Shown here: in pieces, positions 37,644 to 54,702 of the stretch
How the letters are laid out: the number at the start of each line of letters is the position of its first letter
Position numbering within the stretch: position 1 is the stretch's first letter
From: Chlorokybus atmophyticus
Taxonomy: Eukaryota; Plantae; Mesostigma and Chlorokybus algae
Assembly: GCA_009103225.1 (NCBI GenBank)
Contig: RHPI01000797.1
Location: 8,384 to 72,383 of the forward strand
DNA: 64,000 bases
Direction of reading: 5' to 3'
Made by a program: the position numbers and the translations under genes
The notes under the pieces: generated by a model
Told to the model about the DNA's origin: nothing
The model's input: only the letters and a program-made list of their open reading frames with translations
Databases searched by the model: none

Positions 37644-38056
37644 AGGATATTTGCCGACAAACTGTTGGTGTTTGAACACAAGTACACAACGTGAGAGTTA
37701 GTTGAAACTTCAGTAGCACTTGCCTGCTGATCGCAGCTGCTGCCGATAAGCGGTCTCTGTCTGAAGAAACAACAACAATAACAACATGACGAAGTTGGTG
37801 ATGGGAACATTAACCACTCAACGGGAGTAACCGCTCATACCCTCACTGAGCGCAGGTAGGCCTCAACGCATCCGCCCACATCACCAAACAAACGACCCTC
37901 AACTGCCTTCGCCGTTGCACGCCGCGTCCGAAGCAACTGCACACACACGTACAAGATGTGAGTTGGGTGCATTCAAGCTTTCACCGACACACACGCGCTC
38001 GCGTGTATACACACACACACACACACACACACACGCGCGCGCGCGCACTCACACGA

Positions 38057-38091
<35 letters not shown>

Positions 38092-39200
38092 CAGACACAC
38101 AGGCATCAGCTGTTTACTTGAAGGGCGCTCTCCTCGGCTCGGGCGTGTGCTCGGGCAATCGGATCAACGTTGTTGGGTTTGCGGTTGTCATCGCCAAGCT
38201 CGCGGTCGAACACATCTGCGTGATGTTGGTGGTGAATGAGTGAGTCAGTAAACGTGCTGTGTAGGGTGTCTTGTGGTATAATACCGTAGATGCTGCCTTC
38301 GCCTTTCAACACTTGTGCTGCAGCGTGCTGCTGGTGGCTGCCACACATTATGACCATCACGAAAGAGGAATGAAAGACAACAGATCAACAGCGCGATTGA
38401 CGCATGTGCTGGTTGGACCAACAACTGTTGATGGTGTCAGTCTGTTGTTGAGTGAGAAGTCATACAGTGAGAGAGGATGTACCTCATGTGTTGCAGCGGC
38501 AGTCCTCAGTTGCATCAGACCTCCTGCATACTACGCAATCAAGTGACACCCGGTGAGTAATATGTATGTGCCACACACACACATATGTCTACAGTGTAGA
38601 CATATTATACGGGCAGGTGTATGCCTGATGTCAGCAACTGCTTGCCTCCTGATCATGTATCGTCCCAGCAATCAGCCAACCTGATCCGAAGCATCCACCC
38701 CAAGACTCACTCCAGCGCTGACAAACCTTGTGTGCCAGTGTTGGCAGGATCAAGTGTGGGGCACAAATACTCTGTATTCACCCGCACCACCATACCAAGG
38801 CGGCAATCAAAGGAGGAGGATCACTTGACCCATCAGGCAAGAGAAGTCTTCTTTCAGAAGAAGAGTGATGACAGCTACACTCACACTGCTTGACTACTTT
38901 CTCGGTTAGTGTCGGTACCAGGTCCAGTCTGACACCATCAGGGTGGACGACGACGACAGAGAGTCACGTGACTGACACCCCACCCACGGGCACGCCTCCT
39001 CCGCCAGTCAACCGTACGCGGATCTCCGTACCGAATGTGAGACAAGTTTTACCCAGAACGCGACACACGGTCTCTGGGATACGCTGGCCCAGCGTCGCTG
39101 CCCTGGGGTACAGTGTACCCCAGGGCAGCAATCATGGCCCTGGCAGTATCCAGCGCAACGCAGCGAAGGTGGCGCGGCTTTCTCTTCGCCGGCCTTTAAC
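37644..39200 (-). CDS. Uncharacterised spliced gene, 5' part, head-to-head with the SYD-like gene; start not resolved
   Basis: Phase-compatible exons RLLLPDGSSDPPPLIAAL | VCQRW...GTIHDQE | YAGGLMQLRTAAATHE | QHAAAQVLKGEGSIY | DVFDRELGDD...EESALQ | LLRTRRAT...EAYLRSVR | TETAYRQQLRSA. Two of the joins require GC donors. Confidence 0.45.
39097..39129. repeat. Perfect 33-bp palindrome
   Basis: GCTGCCCTGGGGTACA-G-TGTACCCCAGGGCAGC: 16-bp arms with a 1-nt spacer. Confidence 0.95.
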
Positions 39201-39322
39201 CGGTGCATCCAGCCCAACCTTACCAGCTGGTTGTCAGCTATGCAGGCTGGTAGTCGGCCAGAGAGACCGGTGGGGTACCGGTACCCTTGCCCCTCACACC
39301 CGGGTTCATCGCAGGCGGGCTT

Positions 39323-39330
39323 TAGGGTTT
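39323..39330 (-). promoter_or_regulatory. Telo-box (TAGGGTTT) upstream of the SYD-like gene
   Basis: Exact reverse-complement telo-box in a GC-rich island about 600 bp upstream of the ATG at 39938. Confidence 0.5.
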
Positions 39331-39937
39331 TCGAAACGCAGACAGGCGGGGGGAGGCGGACCGGGGCGTCGAGGAGGTCGGTGGCGACACGTGGCGCGCG
39401 TGGTAAAGGGCCGCGACCGCCGACGGTCAGGCCAGCGAGAGCAAACGGGACTTTTGCCTCGATCAAGGGTGGACTAACGTGAGGCGGCTAACCAAGAGGA
39501 AAATTGATTGACTGGTACTACACTGCTTTGATGGCCTGATAATCGATCGGGCTGGCTGACTCTTCCCGCCCTTTTTGGGGGTAATGGAGACGGTCTCTGG
39601 GTTCGTTTAATGTCTCGGCTCCTGCTTCTGGTCTGATGATGATTGTTCACTTTCTGACTGTGACCTGACTGTGCGGATGATGCAACTGAGCATGCTTGTT
39701 GTGTATGCAAAGGGAGATGTTGCCATGTGTACATGCAACAGCCATTTGCGCCTGGGTGTGCGGTCGGACAGATATGCAACGGTGACTGCATACAAGTGGC
39801 ATTAGAGTCCTGGCTGAACACGCTCAATTGTTCCTATGCATACTGAATTCTGCATCATGCCTGAACCCAGGCTGCTGGACAGGTGTATCGTTGGTTGTCT
39901 GTAGTTGTTAAGGGGCGCACATGAACAGCCCGCGACC

Positions 39938-40693
39938 ATGCCGTTCGACCTTAACCGCACTGGAGACCTCGACGACAACAACCTCGACGGACATGAGGAC
40001 CACAACAACTACTTGTACAGCAACAACAATGCCAACAACCTTAACATCACCAACCCCAACATCAACCCCCGCAATTCTGACACCAACACCAACACCAACA
40101 CCAACATCAACAACAACAACAACACGTCCGCCAGATACGCTGAGCTGCTTCGGCTGGCAGCGACTGAACCCCACAGAATCCTCCAACGCTACCACGAGGT
40201 ACTCTCTCAGTTACGTTCTTGCATTGTGTGTGTTTGGCTCAAATCTCTCAACACCATATACACGAAGTGTCACGGGCGCAGGCTGTTCGGCTGCACGCTG
40301 AAGGCCGCATGACTGACTCATACTTCCAGAACCTCAAAAGGTAATGTAATTCTCTCACTGTGCGCGCATGTGCGTGCGCGCGCGCGCGTTTGGTGCGTGC
40401 GTGCATGTGTCACTATCAATGCCACTTTTTGACACGTGTACAATGTGTTTGCATATGTCTCAGTGCTGTTGAGGTGACGTTTAGTCTAGCTAGGAGCGGC
40501 GGCAGCGATATCGGCGCTGGCAGCGGGGTTGATGTCGGTGCCAATAGGGGAGACATCGCCTCTGGCATGGATGATGGATACCGCGTGTCTCTATCGCCGC
40601 TCTTCTCGTCACACAGGACGGCGTCGGTGCTACATCCGTATCAACAACGACTACTGCAACAACAACGGCGAGTTCAGTACCAACAGGATCAAG

Positions 40694-40724
<31 letters not shown>

Positions 40725-40828
40725 ACAACAGCAGCAACAGCTGCAGCAGCAGCAACAGTACTGGCAACAACCGCAACTGCTGCAACAACAACTACAAATG
40801 CAGCAACAGCAACAGCAACAGCAGCAGG

Positions 40829-40862
<34 letters not shown>

Positions 40863-40953
40863 ACAACAGCTTCTGCAACAACAACAGCTTCTACAACAAC
40901 AATGGCGACAACACCAACTTCAACTGCAAGTCCAACAACAACAGCTACTACTA

Positions 40954-40987
<34 letters not shown>

Positions 40988-43900
40988 CACCACCACCACC
41001 ACAGCCCGTTGGTTTCACTCCCAAACAGCGCACTGTCTTCATGGCCCAGAAGGCCGTTCTGCATCAGATCATTAGCGGTTTGTCCCCGCGCCGCGATTGG
41101 ATACTTGCCACGGCGCTGCAGATGTCGCAGCCACAGCCGCCAGCGCCGGCGCCGATAGCCGCACCCGCCACGATATCGGCGTCAGCCCCCCTGGCAGTGG
41201 GATTCACGCAGGCGCAGCGAGTGGTGTTGAACGCACAGTGCAGCGTGTACCAGGGGATCATGTGGGTACCGCATCTGTGCGTGTGCGCATGAGGAGTTGA
41301 TGTTGTTGAGTTGTGATCGTTGTTGACGTTGATAATGATGTTGTCACCAGGACTGGTGTGGCGCCGAGCAGCACGGTGAAGTCGCTCGCATTGTTGAAGC
41401 CTCCTCCTCCTCCTCCCCCATCTCCTCAGTACCATTCTCTGCTGCCACCTCCTTCTGGTCCTCCTCCTCTCCCTCTTCCTCCTCTTCCTCCTCTTTCTGC
41501 ACCTCCTTCTGCTCCTCCATCCGCTCCTCCTTCTCCCCCTAATGGTGGCGAGGCAGTCCGGGGAGGCCAACTCGACCTCAACCGGCAACCAGGTGGACAT
41601 CATGTTGGCTTGTTGTAACATCTGTTTGCGTGCAGTAGGTTGTCGTGGTTGTTCTCAGCTCAACATCATTGATTCATTGATTGTTGATTGGTTGCTACAG
41701 GTGTATATATGCTACAACAACAACATCAACCACAACCACAACCACAACCACAACCACAACCACAACCACAACCACAACCACAACCACAACACCACCACCA
41801 CCCACCACCACCACCACCACCACCACAACAACCACCGGCTTCCACCTCCTCTGATCCTCCTCTGCATCAAGCAAGACAACCAATATCTAGTTCCTCCCCC
41901 TTCACCTCAGTGGATATCCACCCCGTCCCCCCTCCGCTATCGCGTTCCCCCGCAGCGATACCATCGGCCAAGCGCCAAAGCGTCAAAGCCGCGAAAGCCA
42001 AGTCGCGCGCGAAGAAGACGTCGGGGACTAAGGATGATATCGGCGTCGAAGGGAGGGACATCGACGACGCGGGGGTTGTTGTTGTGACGCCGGGGCAGCG
42101 CGCCATGTTCGATGCGCAGGTGCATGTGTGCTACAAGCTCAGGTAGGCACACAGCCAAGGGGCTCTGGTGTGCGTGTGAGAATGCCCTGCGTGTGCGTGT
42201 GCGTGTGCGCGTGCGCGTGCGTTTGCGCTTGCCTGTGCGTTTGCGCATGCGTTTGGTGTTGTGCACGTACGTACGCACGCACGCGCGCGCACACACACAC
42301 ATGCGCTGTGTCTTCTCACTGACATGCGTTTTGCGTCAGGGTGGGGTTCAAGGTCCCACCGTCAACTTATAATTGTGTTGTTGTGGTTTTGCTTGCGCTT
42401 GCAGGTACGGCGTCCGGCCCTCGGCCTCCCTCCTCCTCTCCGCACTCGGCCGTCCTTACAACAGTCCCACCCAAACAGGTATGTTGACCATCACCATCAC
42501 CATCACCATCACCATCACCATCACCATCACCATCACCATCACCATCACCATCACCATCACCATCACCATCACCATCACCATCACCATCACTTTTGTTTTC
42601 AGCTCAACCGTCATCTCCATTGAGAGTCAGCCCGACAGCGGCTCAGTCAATGCCACCGCCAACAACAACAACAACAACTATCACATCCACAAAACCCACA
42701 ACAACAGCAACAGCCGTAGTAATGACAAAGACAACACCGAAGAAGAAGGTGACGAGGCGGCTGAGTGACAAGACGATGTTGGGTTTATCGCTCGCGCGCA
42801 AAGACCATCCCGAAGCCGCTGTCGACAACAGCAATGACAAGAACAACAATGAGAAGGATGAGGAGAGGTATGGTGAGTTCAGGGTCGAGAGTGTGGAGGA
42901 GAGGCGGCGGAAGGTTGCCATGCTGGACTCTGAGATTGACAAGCTAGCGCAGAGTCTGGCTGTGGCACTCAAGTCCTCCCTAGCTGATGCACTTGTCAAC
43001 AACAACAATCGCAACAACAAGGAGGAGGACAAGGAACTGGGTGATGCGCGCGTGGTTGCCACCACAGTTGACGAGTGTGTGACATCAGTCAGCACAGAAG
43101 ACAACATTCTCAACAACGGTTACAAGAACACTGACACCAACAGCACCACCAACGACAACTTGTTGGGCGAGTTGTTGCGCGTGAAGCAGCTGCGTTTGCT
43201 CGGGCTTCAGCGCAATGCACGCCGGCGCTTCCTCGCGGACGTGTTGGGTGCAGATGAGCACGACGATGATGGTAAGCACAACCACAGTAACAAGCACGGT
43301 AACAAGCGCCACGCCGGTGTGGAGGAGAGGCAGGAGGACGAGGAGCTCTACCCGCACGTGCGGGGGTGGAGACGATGGCAGAGGCGGGCGGCGGGACCAG
43401 CAGCCCAGAGACATGTTGGGGTGAGTGCGGCATGTTGTTGTTGTGGTGGTGGTGGTGTTTGATGGTGGTGTGTGCGTGTGTGTGTCTCCAGGTGAAGCGG
43501 ACTCTCAAGCAGGATCTCAAGAGGCAGGACGAGCGGTCGAGACGCCGAAGAGACCGTCAAAAGGCCTTTTTCAAGGTAAACGACAACAACAACAACATCA
43601 ACAATAACAACACGATCATCCTATTTTCTTGTCTTCAGGCTGTGGAGCAGCAGGTCGAGGTGGTGTTTGAGGGCGCGCGGCAGCGTCGGGAGCGCGCGCG
43701 TGCAGTGACCAAAGCCGTGCGCGACTATCACCGCAAGATGTGAGTGTTTATGTGTAAGACATGAAAGCAAATACGAGGGTGAGTGTTAACCACGTGTTTG
43801 TTTGTGTGGTAGTGTGAGCAACAGGGAGAGGGCTACCAAGGAGCGTGCGGAGAGGGAGCGTAAGGAGCGCATTGAGGCTCTTAAGGAGAACGATGTGGAG

Positions 43901-46900
43901 GGCTACCTACGCCTCCTCAACGTACGTGTTTTGTTTGCTACTCTTGTGTTCACCCATCCATACACTGATTATCCAGTCATGCTTCTTGTCGATGGTACGG
44001 ATGGTGATGCGTATGTGTGTGCGTGTTGACACGCACATGCACCTTGCACAGGCGCACACTCGTGTCCATGCACTTGCACATCAACACACGCGCGCACACA
44101 CAAGCACATATGCGTGCACACAAGCTCATGCTCTGTGCGTGTCTGAGCAGGAGGCGAAGGTGGGTCGCATCCAGGATCTCCTGAAGCAGACGGACGAGTA
44201 CCTGCAGCGTCTCGGGGACAAGCTGGCGCAGGTCAAGGGACTCGCGCGAGACATTGGAGACTGCGACGCCGACATCGACGCCGACGCCGACGCCGATGCC
44301 GACATGAACAACAAGGACAAGGAGAAGGACGAGGTCAAGGACGAGAACAACGACGCCCCCGGCAACAACAAGCCGGCCCTCTCGGCTGCTGAGGTCAGAC
44401 ACCGTTTGTCTCTCACTCAACAATTGCAAAAGCGAACTTGCTGACCCGCTTTTCCCACGTGTTCAACAACAGCACTATCGCCGGACGCACGAGAACTACT
44501 ACCGCCGTGCTCACAGGTGAGTCTGTTGTTGTTAATGCTACCATTGTTGTCATCGTCGTCGTTGTCGTTGATGTGTAGCCAACCATTTGTTTTATTCACA
44601 GTGTGGACGAGCTGTCCAACGTGCGTCAGCCCGCGACGATGGGTTCGACCACGTTGACGATGAGGTCGTACCAGCTGCAAGGGCTGGCGTGGCTGCTGAG
44701 TCTGCAGAGGAACCGACTCAACGGGATACTCGCGGACGAGATGGGCACGGGGAAGACGATACAGGTGGGAGGAGTTGTGGATGAGGCTTGAATACATGTG
44801 TCAAGTGTGACTGTGGATTGTGTTCGCTTGCTGCTTCTGTTTTTGCCTGTCTCATGCGTGCGCTCGTGCGGGCGAGCGCGCGCGTGTGCGTGTACATGTG
44901 TGCGTTTGGCTACGACACATGCGCAAGCACATACCCACACCCACACTTCAATCTCCCCCTCAGGTCATCGCTCTCATCTGCCACCTGGTGGAAGCATCAG
45001 ACCCCTCCTCCTCCGGCCCCTTCCTGGTCGCTGCTCCATCGTCTGTGGTGCCGTCGTGGTTGGGGGAGCTCTCCCGCTGGGCTCCTTCTCTCACAGTCGC
45101 GGCGTACCGCGGCAGCCCCGCCGAGAGGAAACGGGTGTGGGAGGAGAGGGTGAGGGAGGAGAGGGGGAGGGCGGAAGTGGTGGTCACCACGTATGAACTG
45201 CTGATGGGGAAAAAGGTGCGTGGGTGGGTGGGTGGGGGTGGGTTGGGGTTGGGGGGGAGGGGGGGTGCGTATGTGCGTGCGCTTGCCCAAGCCTATGTGT
45301 AAACACGCTCTCACGCACGTGCGGCACGTACTTGCACCTTTGCACACGAGCGTACATGGGGGCAGAGAGTCGGCCTCCCTACTCTCTCCCCTTGGGCACA
45401 TTACTCTCGTTGTCTTACTGTGCTAATCCCACACTCAGGACCGCAAGCGCCTCTCCAAGGTTCCCTGGCGCTACCTCATCATCGACGAGGGCCACCGTTT
45501 GAAGAACAGCGGTTGCCGTCTCTCCCGCGACTTGTCTAAATACTACACATCCCAACACAGACTCCTCCTCACCGGCACACCTTTACAAAACCGCATGGAG
45601 GAGTTGTGGTCTTTGCTACATTTCCTATTGCCAAGCGTGTTCGAGTCCGCGGGAGAGTTCAGTAAGTGGTTCGAGAACCCCTTTGAGGAGGGGTGCGAGA
45701 CGCTCAATGAAGAGGAGGAACTGCTGCTTATATCCAGACTGCACGCCGTGCTGAGACCGCTCATGCTGAGGAGGCTGAAAGAGCATGTGGAGACGGATCT
45801 GCCGACGAAGACGCAGCATTTGTTGAGAGCGCAGCCGTCGGCGTATCAGGTGGGGAGAGGATGTGTGTGGTCTTGCCACTGATGATCTGATGGATACGAC
45901 TCCAACGTTAAGAGTGGGTCTCAGTTGTTGTGCCTAATGTGCTCCTTCTCCTCCTTCTGCTTGTTGTTGTTGTTGTCATGGCAGAGGGAGTTGGCAAGGC
46001 GTGTGAAGCTGAGGCTGAGGGAGAAGCTGGGTGGCGACGGGGGCGCAAGCAACTCCACTTCGAAGCAGCCTCGCGCCATCCACAACACCGTCATGGAGCT
46101 ACGCAACGTCGCCAACCACCCTTTCATCTCGTGCCTCCACAACGACGAGGTGATGTTGGGTCACTGGTACCCGACACAACATTAACAACATGTTGGGTTA
46201 CTGGTACCCGACACAACAACTGACACACAACACAATTAGGTGGAGGAGTTGCTGAAAGTGATGCACCCTTCCCTCCCGCCGTTGGTGAGGGCGTGCGGTA
46301 AGTTGGAGTTGCTGGACCGCGTGTTACCAAAGTTGTTGGCAACGGGACACAAGGTCCTCCTGTTCTGCACCATGACGAGGGCGCTGGACCTACTCGAGGA
46401 GTACCTGCATTGGAAAGGGTGAGAGAGACGAGGATGTTTGGGTGTGTTGGGGGAGTTGTTGTGTCGGGTGAAGTGAGGGGTATGATGCGCTGTTTTGATG
46501 AGTCAGTGTGCGGGCAACGGTGCCAAGATGCGGCTAATAAGCACCCACGCTCGCGTTGTTGTGTTGCTGTGTGCGCGTTTGAGTGCGCATGCAGCTGTGC
46601 ATGACTGCGAAAACATGTGTATGTTTGTGGTAGTATCAAGTGTCTGAGGCTTGACGGCGCGACGGCGGGCGATGAGAGGGGTCCGATGGTGGCGCGCTTC
46701 AACGCGGTGTCCACATCAGCAGGTGATGATGTGCCGGAGTCGGTGTTTCTGCTGAGCATTCGTGCGGGTGGCGTCGGGCTCAACCTGCAGGCGGCTGATA
46801 CGGTCATCATATACGACACCGACTGGAACCCGCAGGCAAGGAGAACGCTGTGTGCGTGTGCGTGTGCGTGTGGTGGTCTTGTTGTGGCCGTGGAGTGATG

Positions 46901-47518
46901 TTGAAGTTGTGTGCGCTACTCCTGCAGATTGATCTGCAAGCCCAGGCGCGAGCCCACCGCATTGGTCAGACTCGGGATGTCCTAGTCTTGAGGTACGCTG
47001 GGCGCGTGTGTAATCGTTCATCAGCACACGCGCCCAGACATACTTGCACACACAGACAGACACGGGCACGCATGCAAACACAGTACGGATAGTCATACAG
47101 GACGCGCGCGCGCACTCGCACACGCGCAAGCGCATGCACGCACACACACACATGGTGCATGTCACGCAGGTTGGAGACAGTTGGGACTGTCGAGGAGCAG
47201 ATCCGCGCGCGTGCCGAGCGCAAGCTGGCGGTCGCCGACAAGAGCATCACCGCGGGCTTCTTTGACAACCACACCTCCGCCAAAGAACGCCAGGTTGGGA
47301 TTGTGGAATTTGACACAAACACTCCTTCATGACATACACACTCAAACTCGATCTCACACAGGAGTATCTGGAGGCTCTCCTGCGTGATGCCAACGCAGAC
47401 GGGAGCGCACTCGGGGCCGGCGATGTTGGGGCCGAGGGCGTGCGCGGGACAGCACTCAATCGCCTCATCTCTCGCGGGCGGGAGGAGTTTGAGGCCTACG
47501 AGCGTATGGATGAGGAGG

Positions 47519-47572
<54 letters not shown>

Positions 47573-48654
47573 GTGGTTGTCACTCGCGGTTGGTTACTGA
47601 TGAGGAGATGAGTCAAGTGTTAGCGGAGTTGAGAGGTTCTTTGGAAGAGGATGAGAAGGGCAAGGAGGGGGAGGACAAGGAGAACGAGGAGGACAAGAAG
47701 GATGATGAGGAGGAGTTGGGTAGGGGCAAGCGAGTGAAAGGAAAACGTTGGTATGCGGCTTACGAGGAGCATCTAGCGGATGCGAGGTTGCTACCGAGAA
47801 AGGAACGGCTTCCTGCTTGTGCTTCAGCGAAGGAGAAGCCAAAGAAAAAGGCCAACCCGCCCAAGCCTGGAGCGCCTCCGAGGAAAAGAGGCCGGCCGCC
47901 AAAGCAAAAACCTGTTGAGGTTATTGAAGTGGCTTCTGATGAGCCTCCCAGCAAGCGTGTTTGCGTGGACCAAGTTGGAGCGAGTCAAGAGCCTGAAGGA
48001 AGCCAGTTGGGAGTTGGTGCTGGGGAAGTGAGGGAGAAGGTGGAGGGAGGGGAGCTTGTTGAGGCTGTTCTGCCTGCAAGAACCGCTTCTCAAGCAGAAG
48101 AGAAGGCAATATGTATGGAGAATGGAGTGCCTGCTGGAGATGAAAAGAGTAGTGTCAGTGTTAGTCCTGAGGCTACTACGCCCTTAGTTCTAGCTTTTGA
48201 GGAAGATGAGGAAGACGCCGAGAAGATAGAAGCCAAAGCTGCAGAACACAGCGAGAAGCCCGAAGGCCAAGAAGCCAATCTGGAAGCGCTGCCTGCCAAT
48301 AGTCGGCTACCACAAGTTGAGGTAGAAGGCAAACCTGAAGCAGTGAGTGATAGATGCGAAGCGCAAGATGAGGAGGGAGCGCACGCCACGCCTCCTTGCG
48401 TGAAGCGGCCGCGGTTTTCGCTCAACTTGGCTTCCGGCGAGTCCAGTCTGGATTCCAGAGCCATGGGTGTGGTGGACCTCACAGTCAGCACCCACTTGGG
48501 GCAGTGCAATGGCACCCCCGTTTCCGCTATCACATCTCGCTCCGCTCTGGCTTCCGCTTCCCCCGCTCTCACATCATCCAAACCGGTACCCGAGTTCATC
48601 GCTCGACTTAATGCTGTGCTTAGCACTGGAGGCTCGAGCAATAAGCAGAAGTGA
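39938..48654 (+). CDS. SYD: SWI2/SNF2-subfamily chromatin-remodelling ATPase, SPLAYED-like, with three QLQ-like modules, HSA, ATPase and SnAC regions and no bromodomain seen; multi-exon
   Basis: The N-terminal block [11 protein letters not shown]|[20 protein letters not shown]|AVE resembles the SYD N-terminus. HSA/post-HSA: [17 protein letters not shown]...[17 protein letters not shown]. ATPase motifs: [12 protein letters not shown]...[78 protein letters not shown]|[14 protein letters not shown]. SnAC-like [19 protein letters not shown]. Stop at 48654. The SNF2 family call is firm; SYD versus BRM/MINU is less so. Confidence 0.85.
42488..42590 (+). repeat. (CACCAT)n intronic microsatellite, about 17 units
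   Basis: Perfect hexamer run between a GT donor at about 42479 and an acceptor at about 42602. Confidence 0.95.
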
Positions 48655-49307
48655 CGATTGTGTGTCTTGTGTCGGTTGTGTGCATTGAAGAGTTGAACTA
48701 TTTTTGCCTTAGGTAGTGGTTAGCTATTGGTGGGCAGCTGTTTGTGCAGTTGCGCGTGAGTCAGGTGGGAGTGTACATGAAACGGTTGTTTCCGCCTGCT
48801 GCACTTGCATCTTGACAACGTCATGTTGTCACCCCGCCTATTGCGTAGATGCTGGACAAGCAGATGCACGCGGCATAACCTTTCCCGGTTGACCTTGCAG
48901 AAAGCGCACAACCTGTTGCCACTTGGGCTATGGTGTCGTATGTGCAACATGGTTGACAGTCCCTTGACAGTAGGCACATGCAAGTCCAAGTCGCAGTCTA
49001 TATGCATTCAGATATAATCTTGGATTGCCAAGGGAGTATCCTACATACAGCACGCTAATGTAATGTACAGCCTCACATACTAGCACCAACTACCGCTGCT
49101 CATTTGCAGCAATGCAGCAACAGCATCGTTGCCCAACAACACAGCCAACACAGCAACACAATCTTGCCCACGACCTCGCAGCGCCCGCAGCCTTGCATGC
49201 CGGCTGTCAAGGGGTCCCAACCAACGGCGCCAACAAGCAAGAGCCCTACAATGCATGCAAAACCACTGTGCCACGCCACTCCAAGATGGAGAAGTCCTCT
49301 GTACAAA

Positions 49308-54430
<5,123 letters not shown>

Positions 54431-54477
54431 CGCCGCCGCCGCCGTCCCCAACGACCCCTGCAAAGCCCCACCTCACC

Positions 54478-54499
54478 AAACCCTAATTCAAAAACCCTA
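54478..54499 (+). promoter_or_regulatory. Two telo-boxes in the 272-bp divergent ISWI / D2HGDH promoter
   Basis: AAACCCTA at 54478-54485 and 54492-54499, about 50-70 bp upstream of the ISWI ATG. Confidence 0.6.
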
Positions 54500-54702
54500 A
54501 TATTCAAACTGCGATGCGACTTCCCGCGCAATAATCGGTTCAGTGCAGGTTCAGCGTGTGCTGAACATTCTGTTCGCGGTGACGGGGCTAAGGGCGCTGC
54601 GTTACGTGTGACGCAAGCTTCAGTGTGACTGTTCACATTGTGAGCAACAACCTACATTACATGCACACTTCCACCACCGCCCACATGCTTCAGCGCTGAG
54701 GC

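Noticed and set aside
48090-48641. 183-aa antisense ORF in the last SYD-like exon
   Set aside because: It is a shadow frame of a GC-balanced coding exon with no independent signals.
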